A stretch of DNA of 62,383 nt, counting the filler, from Choristocarpus tenellus KU-1152 (taxonomy: Eukaryota > Protista > Phaeophyceae), in assembly GCA_964200185.2 (NCBI GenBank). It is 11 parts of 11 records of this genome, joined end to end, with 100 filler letters (N's around TTAATTAATTAA, not from the genome) between each part and the next. Parts side by side here need not be neighbours in the genome. Positions count along the whole stretch, not along the records: positions 1 to 3,145 come from CAXNAD020021995.1; positions 3,246 to 10,384 come from CAXNAD020006627.1; positions 10,485 to 16,045 come from CAXNAD020010427.1; 8 more parts are not named here. The stretch is one strand, 5' to 3'. Of the stretch, positions 1 through 12,830 are shown in pieces (position 1 is the first letter of the stretch; each line of letters opens with the position of its first letter). The notes under the pieces were generated by a model. It searched no databases, was not told the origin of the DNA, and saw nothing but the letters and a program-made list of their open reading frames with translations. Position numbers and translations under genes: made by a program.

Positions 1-20
1 CCCCCCCCAAGATAATTTCG

Positions 21-360
21 GTCTACTGCTCAAGCCACCATTGGTATCGTGTGGATATTGGCCAAGGAAAACAGTCAAACTGTTTTTAATCGTCCAGGTA
101 ATGATAATTAAATGTCACATTCGTGTCTGTCTCACTGGAAAATGTTGCTGCTCAAGTCATCATTGGTACCTTGTGGGCATGGCGAAGAGAAACCATCAAA
201 CAACGATATGGTATCCATTATCACAATATGTAACTGCCCCTCTAGTATCTCATGCGAATTGTTACTGCTCAAGTCGCCATTGGTATCTTGCGGATATTGG
301 CTGAGAAAAACGACCAATATACCATTTTGAATTATCCAGGTATTGTGTAATTGCCACAAT
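21..360. repeat. Degenerate tandem repeat, 3 copies of about 120 bp
   Basis: The core TGCTCAAG-N4-CATTGGTA recurs at 27, 149 and 266 (periods 122 and 117), with similar downstream sequence. Confidence 0.8.
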
Positions 361-599
361 GTCTTACAGTCAGTTCAGTATCATTACCCTGTGAGGACTG
401 TTCTTTTCTCTAGTGATATTTCCTTAGTGTGTGAATGTTCACACCTAGTCTATACAGACCTGTACTGTATACAATCATATCTCACCTTTTCATCTATTTG
501 TGTATGGTCATAGATGCTCTGTGTTCATGAACTGGTTATCTCTATTTATCATATAAAATCAGTAGGTCACCACTCGTATGACTCTGACTTAGATTTGTT

Positions 600-3145
600 T
601 CTTTTTATTATTGATAGGACAACTAACCCTTAACTCAGGTACGTAAATCTTCTTTGATAGTCTGAAGGTGTCACCCCCTTGTGAGACGTCGATCTGATTC
701 TGCATTAATTGTACATGGATGCACACCTGCAACCTTCACGGTAAGGAAGCTAGCCTCTACTCACAGCATGCATCCCTATCCTACACTCCAGCACTGATTA
801 GCATTGTACTGCACAATATCAACAAAGCCTCTTCACGGAGCACACCAACAGACTTATCATGTTGGATTTTATCAGTCACCACTACAAGACACTAAGCCTC
901 TACACAGAGCACTTTATTAATCTGTTTTCTGCTTTGTAGACCACTAGTCAATACATCTTCCTGCAAACTTCAATACACCACCAGAAATAATCTACTCTCC
1001 TTGCAGTTAAGTTAGTATAGTCAGCATCTGTGTAGCCAATTAGGAGGTCCCTAGGTCCATTACCATTGAATTCGAAGTCTCTAAAGGTAATAATGCCATT
1101 CTCTCTAGTACCTAGCAGATACCCTATCACTTTCTCAGCTTTCAGTCAATCAGACCAACTTGGATTCTCAGCACATGACGCCAACTCTCAAAACGCAAAA
1201 TTCACACCAAGCCTAGTCATTATTGCCTTACATTAAATCCCACCAACAATTGATCTGTAGCCACCTGGAACAGGTCCCTCCTGCTTCACTCTCTTGGTGA
1301 TTCATGGTAGTTTGTAATTTGTGCCAATCCCATATCTCTCCGCCAGGTCTCCTATGTACAAGCTCTGGTCCACCACAAGTGTCCAAGCCTTCCTGTTCCT
1401 CCTGATCATGCATCCCATGAACTTGGTCACCTCACCTAAATTCGCCACCTGAACTTCTTGTTTAGTCCCTCGCTGATTCCTACAGCGTTGCCTGACCCTG
1501 ATTCCTCAGCCATCAGGATACCATCTACACAGACAATCATGATCCTCACAGTCTCACCATCCCACTATCAATCTGAATAGGCATGGATCTGCCTCTAACT
1601 GTTCCAATCCCAACTCCAACAAAAATCATCCACTAGTAGAAATTTCCTGTTCTGAAATGCTTGGACTTTCCCATGCAGGGACTTCTTCAGCAATCCCATT
1701 GGTCCATCAAACTTTGCCACCCTCCAGTCCTAGTCCTGCCTTGGACCTCTACACTCTCCCTTTCTCATCCACCTGCCTCAGTTGAAAACCATGTGCCTAT
1801 TGAGTGGGTAAGCTAACAGGATCTTTGCCAGTTTGCTGTGTATGCCTGTTCCTCTTTTACCACCTCATTCCGCAGGTACTCCTTCTACTCCATTGCATTT
1901 CACATTGTCCCAGGTTCTGGAGGAAGTAAGCTTGCTTCCTCATCCACAACCGAACCTATCAATCTTCTCTCACGTCTCCTTAGACTGTACTCCAATGGTT
2001 TGCCTGGATCAGATGGAAGGTCACTGTTGGGATCCACATGTTGCAGTAACATCTTTGTCACACTCCCCTACTGTGACATTGGACTCAACTTGTTAAAATA
2101 GAGGCTACTCATCTGTTTGCGATACGATACAGTTCCACCAGTCAACACTGACCGTTGATTGGTCTGTTACGTTCTGGACGTTACTTTCACTAGTTCACCA
2201 TCACCACATCAACTACAATCAGGACACCTTAGTAAAGGACAGTCGCTCTGTGTTCCACACAAATAGTATAGTATAGTGTACGTCACTTTAGTTGCATCAC
2301 ATATTGTTTCAATTTTCATATCAGCATAAGATGACAGTTGTATATTGATGGTTGATTATTATTTTGTTTGTGCCTACCATTGATCTCTCAAATTGCATCA
2401 ACGCCACTCTGCAAACTGTGTATTAAACACACACATGGATGTAATATTATTAGAGTTAAAAACCATCCGCGGAAACCCTTGCCAGTCAAGGTTAACAAGC
2501 CTCTCCCCAGAGCATGGACATCTTTCGTTGAATATCACATGAAACACTGAATTTACACCACATCATTCGGGATTGAGCAACCAAGAATACTGAATTCACA
2601 TCGCATCATTATTGACTGAGAGATCAATGACCTCAGTTACAACAGAAAAATACATCGATGCTTTGCAGCACAATCACACCTATCCATAACATAGACTGCG
2701 CATATCACTCATCGGTGCTTTGCAACACCATGATTCTTTATCGCTAGTAGTCTACGCATTTTGCTTACATGTAGGATGCATTCGATTCAGGTTTCAATAA
2801 GCCTTGTGTTGGACTGAGTATATCTCGTATAGGAGTAACACTGATATTAGAGGCAAACCAATTGAGAGGTAGGCAGGTTTGGACTCTTTTGCATTGCAAG
2901 GCATCTTTCTTACCCTGTGCAATACACTCTATTTCACTGCTCTTAATGTGCACAATAGTGTATGCAAGATTGATATCCCCCTTTTCCACACATGAAGGGA
3001 TACCACAACTAAGCAAAGATTCTTTCCGCAGTTGTACAAAATTACGTCTTTTTGCCCATACTCGGGAATCCTTATAATGCAATATTGTTACAGGCGCCCC
3101 TCAATGCTCACCTTTCCAGGATGTACAAGTCAAATCCAATTCACA
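600..3145 (-). mobile_element. Degenerate Ty1/Copia LTR-retrotransposon pol remnant(s)
   Basis: Minus-strand translations: ECIAQGKK...PLNWFASNI (pre-integrase/integrase start, about 2830-2940); LLNPE*CGVNSVFHVIFNE (integrase C-terminal, about 2525-2585); AIMTRLGVNFAF*ELASCAENPSWSD*LKAEKVIGYLLGTRE...LIGYTDADY (RT end/RNase H start, about 1015-1227); SRKQINKVLCVEA (RNase H, about 895-935). Many stops are present and the RT core is not visible. Confidence 0.8.
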
Positions 3146-4099
3146 NNNNNNNNNNNNNNNNNNNNNNNNNNNNNNNNNNNNNNNNNNNNTTAATTAATTA
3201 ANNNNNNNNNNNNNNNNNNNNNNNNNNNNNNNNNNNNNNNNNNNNGAAGGCTTCTATCACCCCCCGGCCCAGGGTGGCATAAGTGTTTATTGGGGGGGAT
3301 GGGGGGGGGGGGGTGGGGGGCTGACGTTGAGATATTTTAGTACTCTGAGTACTTCGAAGGCCTGTGTTTGATCAATGAATGCTGTCAGGATAGGAGTTAG
3401 GGTTATTGCTGGGGGTGCACATGGCGGGGTATGTGAAAACAGAGAGATGCCAAAAACCTAGAGGTTAGGGTTAGGTTTGGGACCAAGACATGATGGAGGA
3501 AGATTGCAACCTATTGATTCTTTATTGACTCTTCCCAAAACAAGGAAGTGATTCATATGTGTACTCACTACAAAGATTTAAATCCATGATACCGTCCTTT
3601 ACTTAGCTGCTTCTATACATAGTAGATATATTTTCAAAGAATATATTTTATTGGTATCAAGCCCTGATGCTAACCTTAATCTAGTATATACTATAGATGT
3701 ATTTATGTGTATATGTCATGCATGTATCTTTATTTTTGTTGTAAATTCCTGCCCCTAACTCTATCCTACATACTACATATATACAGTACGTGAACTATGT
3801 TGGCATGAAAATCTAACGCAATTTAAAGTGTCGAAAAAATAGGTACTGTATGCAGATGAGCAGATTTGATTGGAAGGCAGAGATATATATGGGACATAGG
3901 GTAAGCGAGGATGTGTGTGGGTTACTTACAAAGACTTGAGGTGGTTGGGAAGGAGAATGTTTCTTTGAAGTTGATGCTGTTTTGGCAATCTGCATGGTGA
4001 CTCAAGGACTGAATCATTATGTATGTGGATGATATCTTAAATGCGGGTGGTCAAGGAGATTGATGGGCAAAATCCATCATTTTAGATTGTTGTGATGTA

Positions 4100-4359
4100 G
4101 AGTCAAAGTAAGTGAGAGGTACCCAGAGTAGCATTATAAGGATCTCAGCAAATGTGTGCAAAATTCAGCTTTTTTGCAAACTTTTGTACTATATTGTTAT
4201 TGACTTACGTAAAAATCTTTCAAACAATGGACAAATAAACCCTCTAAAGTCAAACATAGTACTTCATCCATAGAAGTATGTGTGAACTGCAAAAGATTGA
4301 AAAACTGGCTTAGAATGCAAAACGTCCAAAAACTGGATACCTCTTGTTTACTTAGGCTT
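4100..4359. mobile_element. MITE family C copy
   Basis: TIRs GAGTCAAAGTAAGTGAGAGGTAC ... GATACCTCTTGTTTACTTAGGCTT. The interior is similar to 15277-15509 and 28989-29200. Confidence 0.7.
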
Positions 4360-4679
4360 GAATAGAGTATAGAATTATCATTTTCTGAATGTTGCTCTTC
4401 ATCACCTGTCCCTTCAATCTTTTTGTTATTAATGGTACTACTTTTGGTATTAAACATATACTAAACATATATACAAGAGGAAGAGACAGGGACAGATTGA
4501 AATTGATAGATGAGGTGTGAATTGGGTCTAGAACATAATCTTTGCAGAGGCACTCACAGATACATTGGACTGGGGCTGGGGCTTGGGTTGGGGTTTGGGT
4601 TGGGTCAAGCTGGGGCAAGCATACATATCTACACTCCACTTGTACATAAAAAAACATATATGAAGCAACGCACCCGAAC

Positions 4680-6287
4680 CTTAGCAGTGCCTCACTATTC
4701 TCTACCAGCCGCCTCACAGCACACAATCTTAGCACGATGTAGGCCCTGCATAGCAGAAGGATACACATGATGACAGCATGTTGAGGACAACAATGGGAGA
4801 ATATACCCATGATACCACTTGGAGGTGAGCAACAAGATAAAAAAGGAGGAGAGTTCAAGTTAGATATAGGGATAAGGGTAAGGAGTAGTCTTATGTTCAA
4901 ACCTTTGGATTGGGTTCTGAGCACAGAGCAGGGGTACTGGCAACGGGGGCGAGAAAAAGGTCTGAGTTTAGGGGTTACTCCTTGTTGTAATACCATGAAG
5001 TACATCAATAAAATTCCACTTTGGGGACTGCAGGTGTAACTTACCTGACAAGCTCTAGCGTACTGAATCCAGCATAAGATGTCTCTGTATCATTAAAGTC
5101 AGGGATGGGGAGGGGAGGAGATCCATAACCACAGTCTTGTTCCACTTCCTCAGCCACAGTTGCAAAGCCACGGCACAACAAACCAAAATGTCTTTGTGCG
5201 AAACAGGAGGAAGGTGAGCAGGATGGCATGGAAGCAACGACCGCAGTAGTGTGGTTTGCGAGATTGCTTGCGGGTTTGCTATGTCTACAGAACGGATCCT
5301 CACAAAACCTGCGTCTCGTAGAAATTGCACAACTGCCTGGAAGGCCGTCTGTCAGTCCAATGGGAATCGGTACTAAGTGTGGAGCTGATGGGAACCTGGC
5401 ATTCAGGGTGGGAGAGACGAGAGGCTTTCTGTTAGCAGCTCAGAATGAGGAAATAGACCAAGTGGGTTATTGAACCAATGACATCGAGCTTATGGGAAAA
5501 GAGTTTTGAATTCTGATAGTTCTCGTATACTTGTAGTTTCAAAGAGTCTCCTCGTGATCTGAACCGCGCTACTTCTAGAGTAAGTGCAACGCTTCATAAA
5601 TCAGGATCATATTCCTGAAGAAGAGGATACCTACTGGACATATGGAGCAAGGACCAGAATCCTACACTACCCCAACCTAAGTTAGTGTTAAAGTCAAAAC
5701 AGTCTTGCCCCGGTCGAGGTTTTTAAATGCAATCTCTCAAGTGATATTGTTGTGTCCCAGATATGACCATAGTTCGTCCTCGATCTGTATGCACTTCATG
5801 GTGTAGTAATCTGTACTCCTCGTCGATAAACCTCACCATACCTACTGAGACCGAGAACAAGGTGCGTCCAACAAAGAAGGAAGTAACTATTTTCCACTCC
5901 AGAAGAAAGCACCAGCCTTGTCAAAGTACTGTCTGTGCGTTCCCTAGTTGTTCGGGTTATCTCGAACTCGAATATGGTTTATTTGGGTGTGAATATTGGC
6001 AGAGGGTTGTGTATACGGGTTGTGCGAACTAAGCTGGGACAGATTTCTACGCAGAGGGCTCGATTTCCCTAAGCAATAAAGGCTGACCTATGTTCGTCCA
6101 ACGATTTAAGCGGACGGTGGATGCAGCCTGTGGCGTCATTCTCATAGTTGCTGGTCTTCCCGCAGTCCTTCGCCTTGGTGCACACCCATCGCTCTCTGAA
6201 CGACCACAATTTCGAAGAAGACAGGTGGCGAGAAAATTGATGACTGAAGCAGGAGGATGGAGCTGTCAAACGAATAGCCATGCCCAT
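4680..6287 (-). CDS. PRODH: Proline dehydrogenase (mitochondrial), 5' exons only
   Basis: Exons 6287-6088, 5395-5045 and 4745-4680 join in frame through GT-AG introns (phase 2, 2). They give MGMAIRLTAPSSCFSHQFSRHLSS...PDFNDTETSYAGFSTLELVRAYIVLRLCAVRRLVENSEALLR, which matches the eukaryotic PRODH N-terminal motif (DF.D...AY..KS..EL.RA..V..LC....LV.N...LL). The catalytic barrel exons were not found in this contig. Confidence 0.78.
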
Positions 6288-6619
6288 TATTCAGTCGGCA
6301 GGGTTCCTCTGTACGAATTGAATTGTCACCGACGAAAACCGTCCGCGCTAATTTACGTCTCCAGTCAAGAACAGCCGTGAAAAAGGAGCTACTACTAATC
6401 GAGAATACACTTAGGGACCAGGGCAACAACACAGGGTGGTGTTCTTTGGAAAGGCGGGGATAACCTGTTTCTGTGTTCAAGTTGTCATAGTTGAATGCTT
6501 TCGACAAGCCAGTTTATATTTTTTAATACATATCGTAGGAGTGTGGAATATAATTTTATATAATTATGTATGGTGTATGTAACGTACCAATGATGCCATT
6601 GCGTTGACCAATCAGCACT

Positions 6620-7400
6620 ATCTCTCTGAACAACTTACCGCCCTTTCACTTTGCATACTAATAAATCTTATGTAAACATCATATATTCAAAGGTGAACAT
6701 AGTGGTGGGACTATCCCACTTGACACAAAGCAGTAAGAGTTAATTATGCACGCGCAACAAGAGTGGATACTCAAGTAAGAAAAGCACTACTACGATGTAC
6801 AATGGTGGTGGTGTCGGTGGCTTGGGCGACCTTAGCTGCTTCTTTGTCATGACATACATCATTAGATATGATAGGTTCCTTGAAATGCCGTTTGACCATA
6901 AAGCTCATTTTGCAGTCAGCCACACATTCATATCACTCCTACTCCTCTTGTTTAGTGGGCCTGGTGCTCCAAACCCTAAACTCTAATCCCCAAACCTGTC
7001 AACACCGTCTTGGAGGCATGCCCACCAGTTCTTCTCTTGTTCACCTTGTTTCCGTTTTCCAGCTGAAAGTTCTCCAAACGTCAAGATCTTGGGAAATCAC
7101 TCATTCCCCATGCCGTGCGTGGGTGGACTTGACCCAGCAAATAGGATATCTATGTGTGATCCTTCTTGAACCGCAATTATAATCGTTCATGCTGGAGCTG
7201 ATTCACGAATAATTGTGGAGTTTTCTTCCTGTTTATTTTCTTCTTTTTCCGGACTTGACTCATGTATGAACTACCTTTTGGTGCGTTAGGTCCTATTTCT
7301 TTTTTGTCTCTTTTGCAATTTGCCTTTCTGAATATGGGTTCGGGTATACTCCTGGCTGCATCTCCTGTTGGTTCCTTCTCACTGGCAAAAGCTACTTCTC
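6620..7400 (-). mobile_element. Possible decayed IS630-Tc1-mariner-type transposase fragment
   Basis: The ordered minus-strand fragments YMSQVRKKKKINRKKTPQLFVNQ, ILFAG...GE*VISQDLDVW and NVWLTAK*...KPPTPPPLY resemble, from memory, DDE_3-type transposases. The region is heavily degenerate and no catalytic triad is readable. Confidence 0.35.
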
Positions 7401-8017
7401 AAGTTAGTTTTTTAGTTATTGATCCGACTTACCCAATAATTAGTGGAGATAAATAGATGTGTGATAATCCAACGGGCTCCACCTAAATAGCGAATATCTG
7501 CTCACCATGCCTCCAAGTTCCTCCTGGTGGGTTGGGGGGGGAAGTATAATGCGTACAAGATGTTTAGGGTCCTGTGAGTGGAAGATAGCCTTCATAAGAC
7601 ATATCGAATGGGCTCAGCGCGCCAGGATTGTTCTCCACCCTTTTTTCAACTTTGTCTTGATCAAAAGTTGATATGATCCAAGGATCTATGTAAAACCATC
7701 ATTATTACTAGTCTTGCGGTTCGTAGCACTACAAATTTTGTGTTGCTATCATATCATCAATATGTCGATCAACTTAGGATTGAGTATTACGTTGTCAAAG
7801 ATGTAAAAATGTGAAACATATTGATCATCACACTTAGGGTTAGGGTTTGCCATAGAACCAAAAAACGTTGAACACCTCACTCACCTCTGACCAGACTCTT
7901 GACATACCTATTCTTATTACTTGTACGTAACTTAACTCCTCACCTTTTTGGAGTAGAGTTCACATCCATGTGCAATCAATCACCTATGCTCCTCTTTCTC
8001 ACCTCCTCATAGTTAAG

Positions 8018-8914
8018 ATGCGAAGATGTGGCGCTGCCATGGTGTGCACCTGGAGTCTGCTCTGTGATGTTGCAGGAGGGATGGGCATTTCGTACTTGAC
8101 GTTGCCCGTCCCAATTTCATTATCGGGCGTGTGTTACCCTACCAACTGGTCCAGACAAGGTACGATGTGTACGTGTGGTACCAGTAGTCCCTTTTGGGGT
8201 GGGCAATTCCTGCGGTCATCGGATGAGATGGAGGAGTGCTGGAGCGAAGGGAAGAGACGGGAGGGTTGCGGTGGGTTGGGGATGAAGGCGAGTAAGAAAA
8301 ACAAAGGAAAGCGAAAGAAGAATGCGGAAAGCGGTGAGTCCCAACATACTGCCACAGTTGCATTTGATGGTGGAAATGTGCAGTTTATGCTCTCCCTCGT
8401 TGTGCATTCACTTGCAAACCCGTCTTGGAGGTTCGCCTACATGTACAAGGTTGTGAAAAATGGTTATTTGCGGCGCCTAGCCTCTCCATCCTGGAAACAA
8501 CAGTGGTTGACTCCCAGCCTTTTGCGATACCTCTAGAGACGTAGATGACAGTAAAGTGGAGGAATCCTCATCGCATTAGTTGTTTCACGTTGAATTTCTC
8601 TGCAAGTGAACTCGATACTCATCACGCGCAAATCCACAAACTCCATTAGATTGTATATGTGCCCTACAATGAAGTCATCAATGGTCTCAACGTGACTTCA
8701 CTAGCCAAACCTCCATGACACGTACCATACCTTACGTTGTGTTACTACTCTCCTCGAAGATGAGGAAGGATCTCAGGCTCAACGAGTCCAGGCAAACGGG
8801 TCAGTGTCTGTTCGGAAGCAGATCTTCTTTGCAAAATTGAAGAAGGGGAAGGGAAGCCCAGGTTACCGAGACAAGACCAAGTTCAGGCGGGCTAAGAATC
8901 TGACCTATGAGGAT
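8018..8914 (+). CDS. 5' exons of an unknown protein with a targeting-like leader; possibly a YacP/Rae1-like NYN-domain RNase
   Basis: Exons 8018-8333 and 8760-8914 join in phase 1: MRRCGAAMVCTWSLL...MKASKKNKGKRKKNAESDEEGSQAQRVQANGSVSVRKQIFFAKLKKGKGSPGYRDKTKFRRAK. This resembles the segment preceding the NYN domain in plant/algal YacP-like proteins, but the diagnostic LxVDGYN motif was not found. Confidence 0.4.
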
Positions 8915-9960
8915 GTGCGAGACACTAATGATACATATATGGGGATCGATGGTTGGGGGGGGTTCGAAAGGGGGTACTGGACAAGGGTTTAAGAGAGGAT
9001 AGGAGAGTAGGATATGGGTCGATTTGATATCGAATCTTTCCTGCAGGATTTCTATATCTTTGCTCATCCATACCAGCATCGACGGTTTTGTAGGTTTCAT
9101 GAGTGTAGTATGGTATCGATGTTGCAGGACTTGCTCTCTTGAGTACAGTGTAGACCTAACCCCATATGTTATACCTGAGTTCTACAGTACAACACTGAAT
9201 AGTGTGTTTTTACTCCTTAGAGAGCTGGGTCGCTTGTAATGTGCAGTGAACACCTCTCCCAATCTATGTTGACATATTTGTCTGGGGTTGAAGGCATTGA
9301 CAAGTCAGAATGTTGGATTTTGTTAGGTAAAGGAGGAGGAGGATCACTCGTTGGCCTACGACCCTGACATCGCTCCTGCCTTGATGGTAGACGGGTGAGT
9401 GGTTTTTGTTTGTTTGAGTGGAGCACTGTTGCTAGTGTGGGCATGGGTGAGGGTCCTTGACATGATAATTTTGTTTTTAAATTTCAATCATTGAGTTGTG
9501 CATTGGATACCTGGGTGTTTGAATACACGTAAAGAGTATTTTATTGCTGTTTGGTGATTGACGATAAAAAAACTTTAGAGTCCTGATGCTTGGGTGCATG
9601 CCAACTGTCCTTTTAGGTAGGCATTAGTTTGAATGTTATGAAGTGGAAGACCTTGCTAGGTCATTTCTAAAACCATACTGATATTGTGTGTTGTTTGGTG
9701 CCGATTTATCGAGCATGAGCATGAGAGGACAAACTTTACCATAGTGCACTGTTACTCTATTGGCTCAGCCTTGATTGTTACTCTACTGCAAGCAATATTT
9801 ACGGATACTAGGTGGTGTATGTATATGCTTGTATGCGAATGTGTTGTAATGGTGTAGAATCCTGACCTTCAACCCTTTCTTGAACGTTACATACTCCAGA
9901 GTATATACATACCATCGTTTTAAAATTGGGTTTCAGTTTAGAAGGCGGTAGGGTGTGAAT

Positions 9961-10001
<41 letters not shown>

Positions 10002-10711
10002 TGTATGTGGAATTACTTATACCCTTTTGTGGGAAAAATGTGTAAACAATGTGTTGCTCTGCAGACCGCTGATTTCTCAGTTGGCAGAAAAGTGGGACTT
10101 TTCTGGATCAGTTGATGGGATGGCCTGCTGAAAAAGGCACTATGCGCTACCGATTCAAGACCTTGAGGTATACCTCAGAGGATGTTACATTCATGTCATA
10201 CCCCTTGTTGAGTACTGAGGTTCAAATCCCCAACTGGACAGCTTTCCCAACCCCCTACAGTGGCAGGACAGTGATAGAACAAAGGGGGGGGGGGGGGGGA
10301 CAGACCTCGATGGGAAAACCAAGAGAGGGAGATTACAGCTCAGGGGGTGCAGACGAACAGGGGGGGGATGATACAGGGATTGCGNNNNNNNNNNNNNNNN
10401 NNNNNNNNNNNNNNNNNNNNNNNNNNNNTTAATTAATTAANNNNNNNNNNNNNNNNNNNNNNNNNNNNNNNNNNNNNNNNNNNNTAACCCAAAAATCGCG
10501 ATATGAAAAAATTGACCCCAAATGGACAGTCGCCACCCCCTCCCAGATACTTTGAGCCATATATATATATATATATATATATATGCTGTTTATGGTCATA
10601 TCTCTTCTACCATCTTCCCTATGTACTTCAAAGTACTCAGTTGTACTATTTGCTCAGAGGTTGATTAAGTGCTTTAATGCAACATCAAGGCCTTGGACTC
10701 TAAGTCTCCAC

Positions 10712-12795
10712 CTGAGCTGCATGAAGAGTCTGCACACACTTGAAGTTGGATGTATCCCAGACCTAGAGAGATAGAATGTGTTGGAGGGATAAGATAAACT
10801 GATATAGATTTTGTAAAAATGTCACTAGCATTGGCTGACTGCTGTGGTGATGGAAAGGTGGTATCTCTTTGCCACAGACAGTAGCAACTTCTTCCGAGGA
10901 CACAATTTTGACAGTTTGATCAAATCTATCAAATGGAGTGTAAGAAATAATTTTATCAAGATCTTCTACCTCTTGATTCCACCAGCCCTTTTCGTGCTGG
11001 GTTGGAAAGAAGAGACTTTGGGGTAAAGAGATAATTTCTTCCCAATTTCTGAGTATTTTTTGTCTCCTCTTGCTTGCCAGGGCCGATTTCCTCCCTGGAA
11101 AATCAGGTCGATGAAGGAAATCCAAGCATCCTTAATGATGCTCACCTTGATGACTCCATCAACGGACATGGATACCATCTCGGACAAAACCTGGCTTACG
11201 CCTATACCCACCAGAGAACAAGTGTGACCTGTCAACTGGCAAATAACCTGTAGGCAAGAGATGAGGCAGTACCGTATGCAGCAGGAAGGTCAATCCATGC
11301 AAAGTATTCGGACATATTTCACCTTTAAATAACTTTTCAAGATTTTTGTCATTTCATGACTTGCAAAATGCATCATGCCGCCGAAGGGTTAGTGCCGTCA
11401 CATCTATCTACTTCAAGTACTACTACTTGAAAGGATGAACACAAGATGGAGAAGGTGTCTGTTAAAGAAAGTGAGGATAATCAAACAGTGCAAGGAAGAG
11501 TCTTGGCTCCATAGTCGCCCCCAATCACCTCCTCTAAGAACACTGCAGTGCGCATATATGCCCAAATCCCAGGAATCAGCATACTTATTTTGTAGTCAAT
11601 TTTTCGCCTTTGAAACTATGATGTTGGATCCTGTATCAACCATGTGACATCTACAACAGATATCATCTGACCTGTCCGACGACTGGGCTCCACACCAGAA
11701 TATCGTGGTCAAAGCCAGCACTAACAATGATGCGCTGGGATGGACTGTAGTCGATGTCTGACACGCCCTTGGAGTGCCCTTTCAGGACCCTCTTGCACTT
11801 TGGGGGATGATGAGTGTTGTCAACGGTGGGTATGTGGAGGGGAGGGGAAATAAGGGAGAGGGCCTGAGGGATGTCTTTGCTAATCTTGAACTCCATTCAA
11901 AATAGTTGTAGCCCAAACTCCTGGTTGATCGAAACCCGATGACTTACCGAACACACTTGAGTATTATTGTAGCTGTTCAGATACAAGTACAGATGGTATT
12001 CCCTGCTGTGTACTGTATATGCAGACCATTTCATGTGATTATTTTGTGCATAAGACAATCAACGACATATAGGCAAGTATCAGAGTTTCATAGAGAGCAG
12101 GCTATCAGTTGAGTCAAAGTACCTTAGAGGATAGAGCCTCGTCCATTTGGGGGCCAAAATCCAATGTTGCGATTTTGATATAATTTTGATTATTCTGTTA
12201 GGAAGTGTCAATATTCTTGTTCTGCCACACCTTGTCATAACGTACACATTTTATCTACTCTGAAACTTTTTGGAGTAGAAAATGCCATTAAAAAAACGGT
12301 GGGAAGCCAAGCCCCAAACAGACAAACATGGCAAGAGTTGTACCTCTAAGATACTTTCACTCAGCTCCACTTGACTCTGTACACAATACTCTTATAAAGC
12401 AGGAGTATGGTAATGAATCATACCTCATAGTTTGTAACCCTTACTTGTCTTGTGCTGGTTTCCCAGACACGGAGGTCAGCATCCATCCCCCCAGAAACGA
12501 CTATATCCGGTTGAGGTATGATACACGCTGCTGTGACAGCATCAGTGTGACCAGTCAGGTGATGCGTGATATGCAAACCATTGCCGCTAACCTTTTGCGT
12601 TCATGGGGTTGAAATGCCGTAGGCAAGGGTTGAGTGAGGGAGGAAGGGAGGAATGTGGTCTACAGAGTATTTATTAGAGTCTGGACATATCTTTCAACTA
12701 GTTTTCGACCCATACCCCAACCTCTGATCATATAGTACAATTGTGTACTTTGAAGTACATAGGGAAAATGGTAGAAGAGATCTGACCACAAGCAG

Positions 12796-12830
<35 letters not shown>

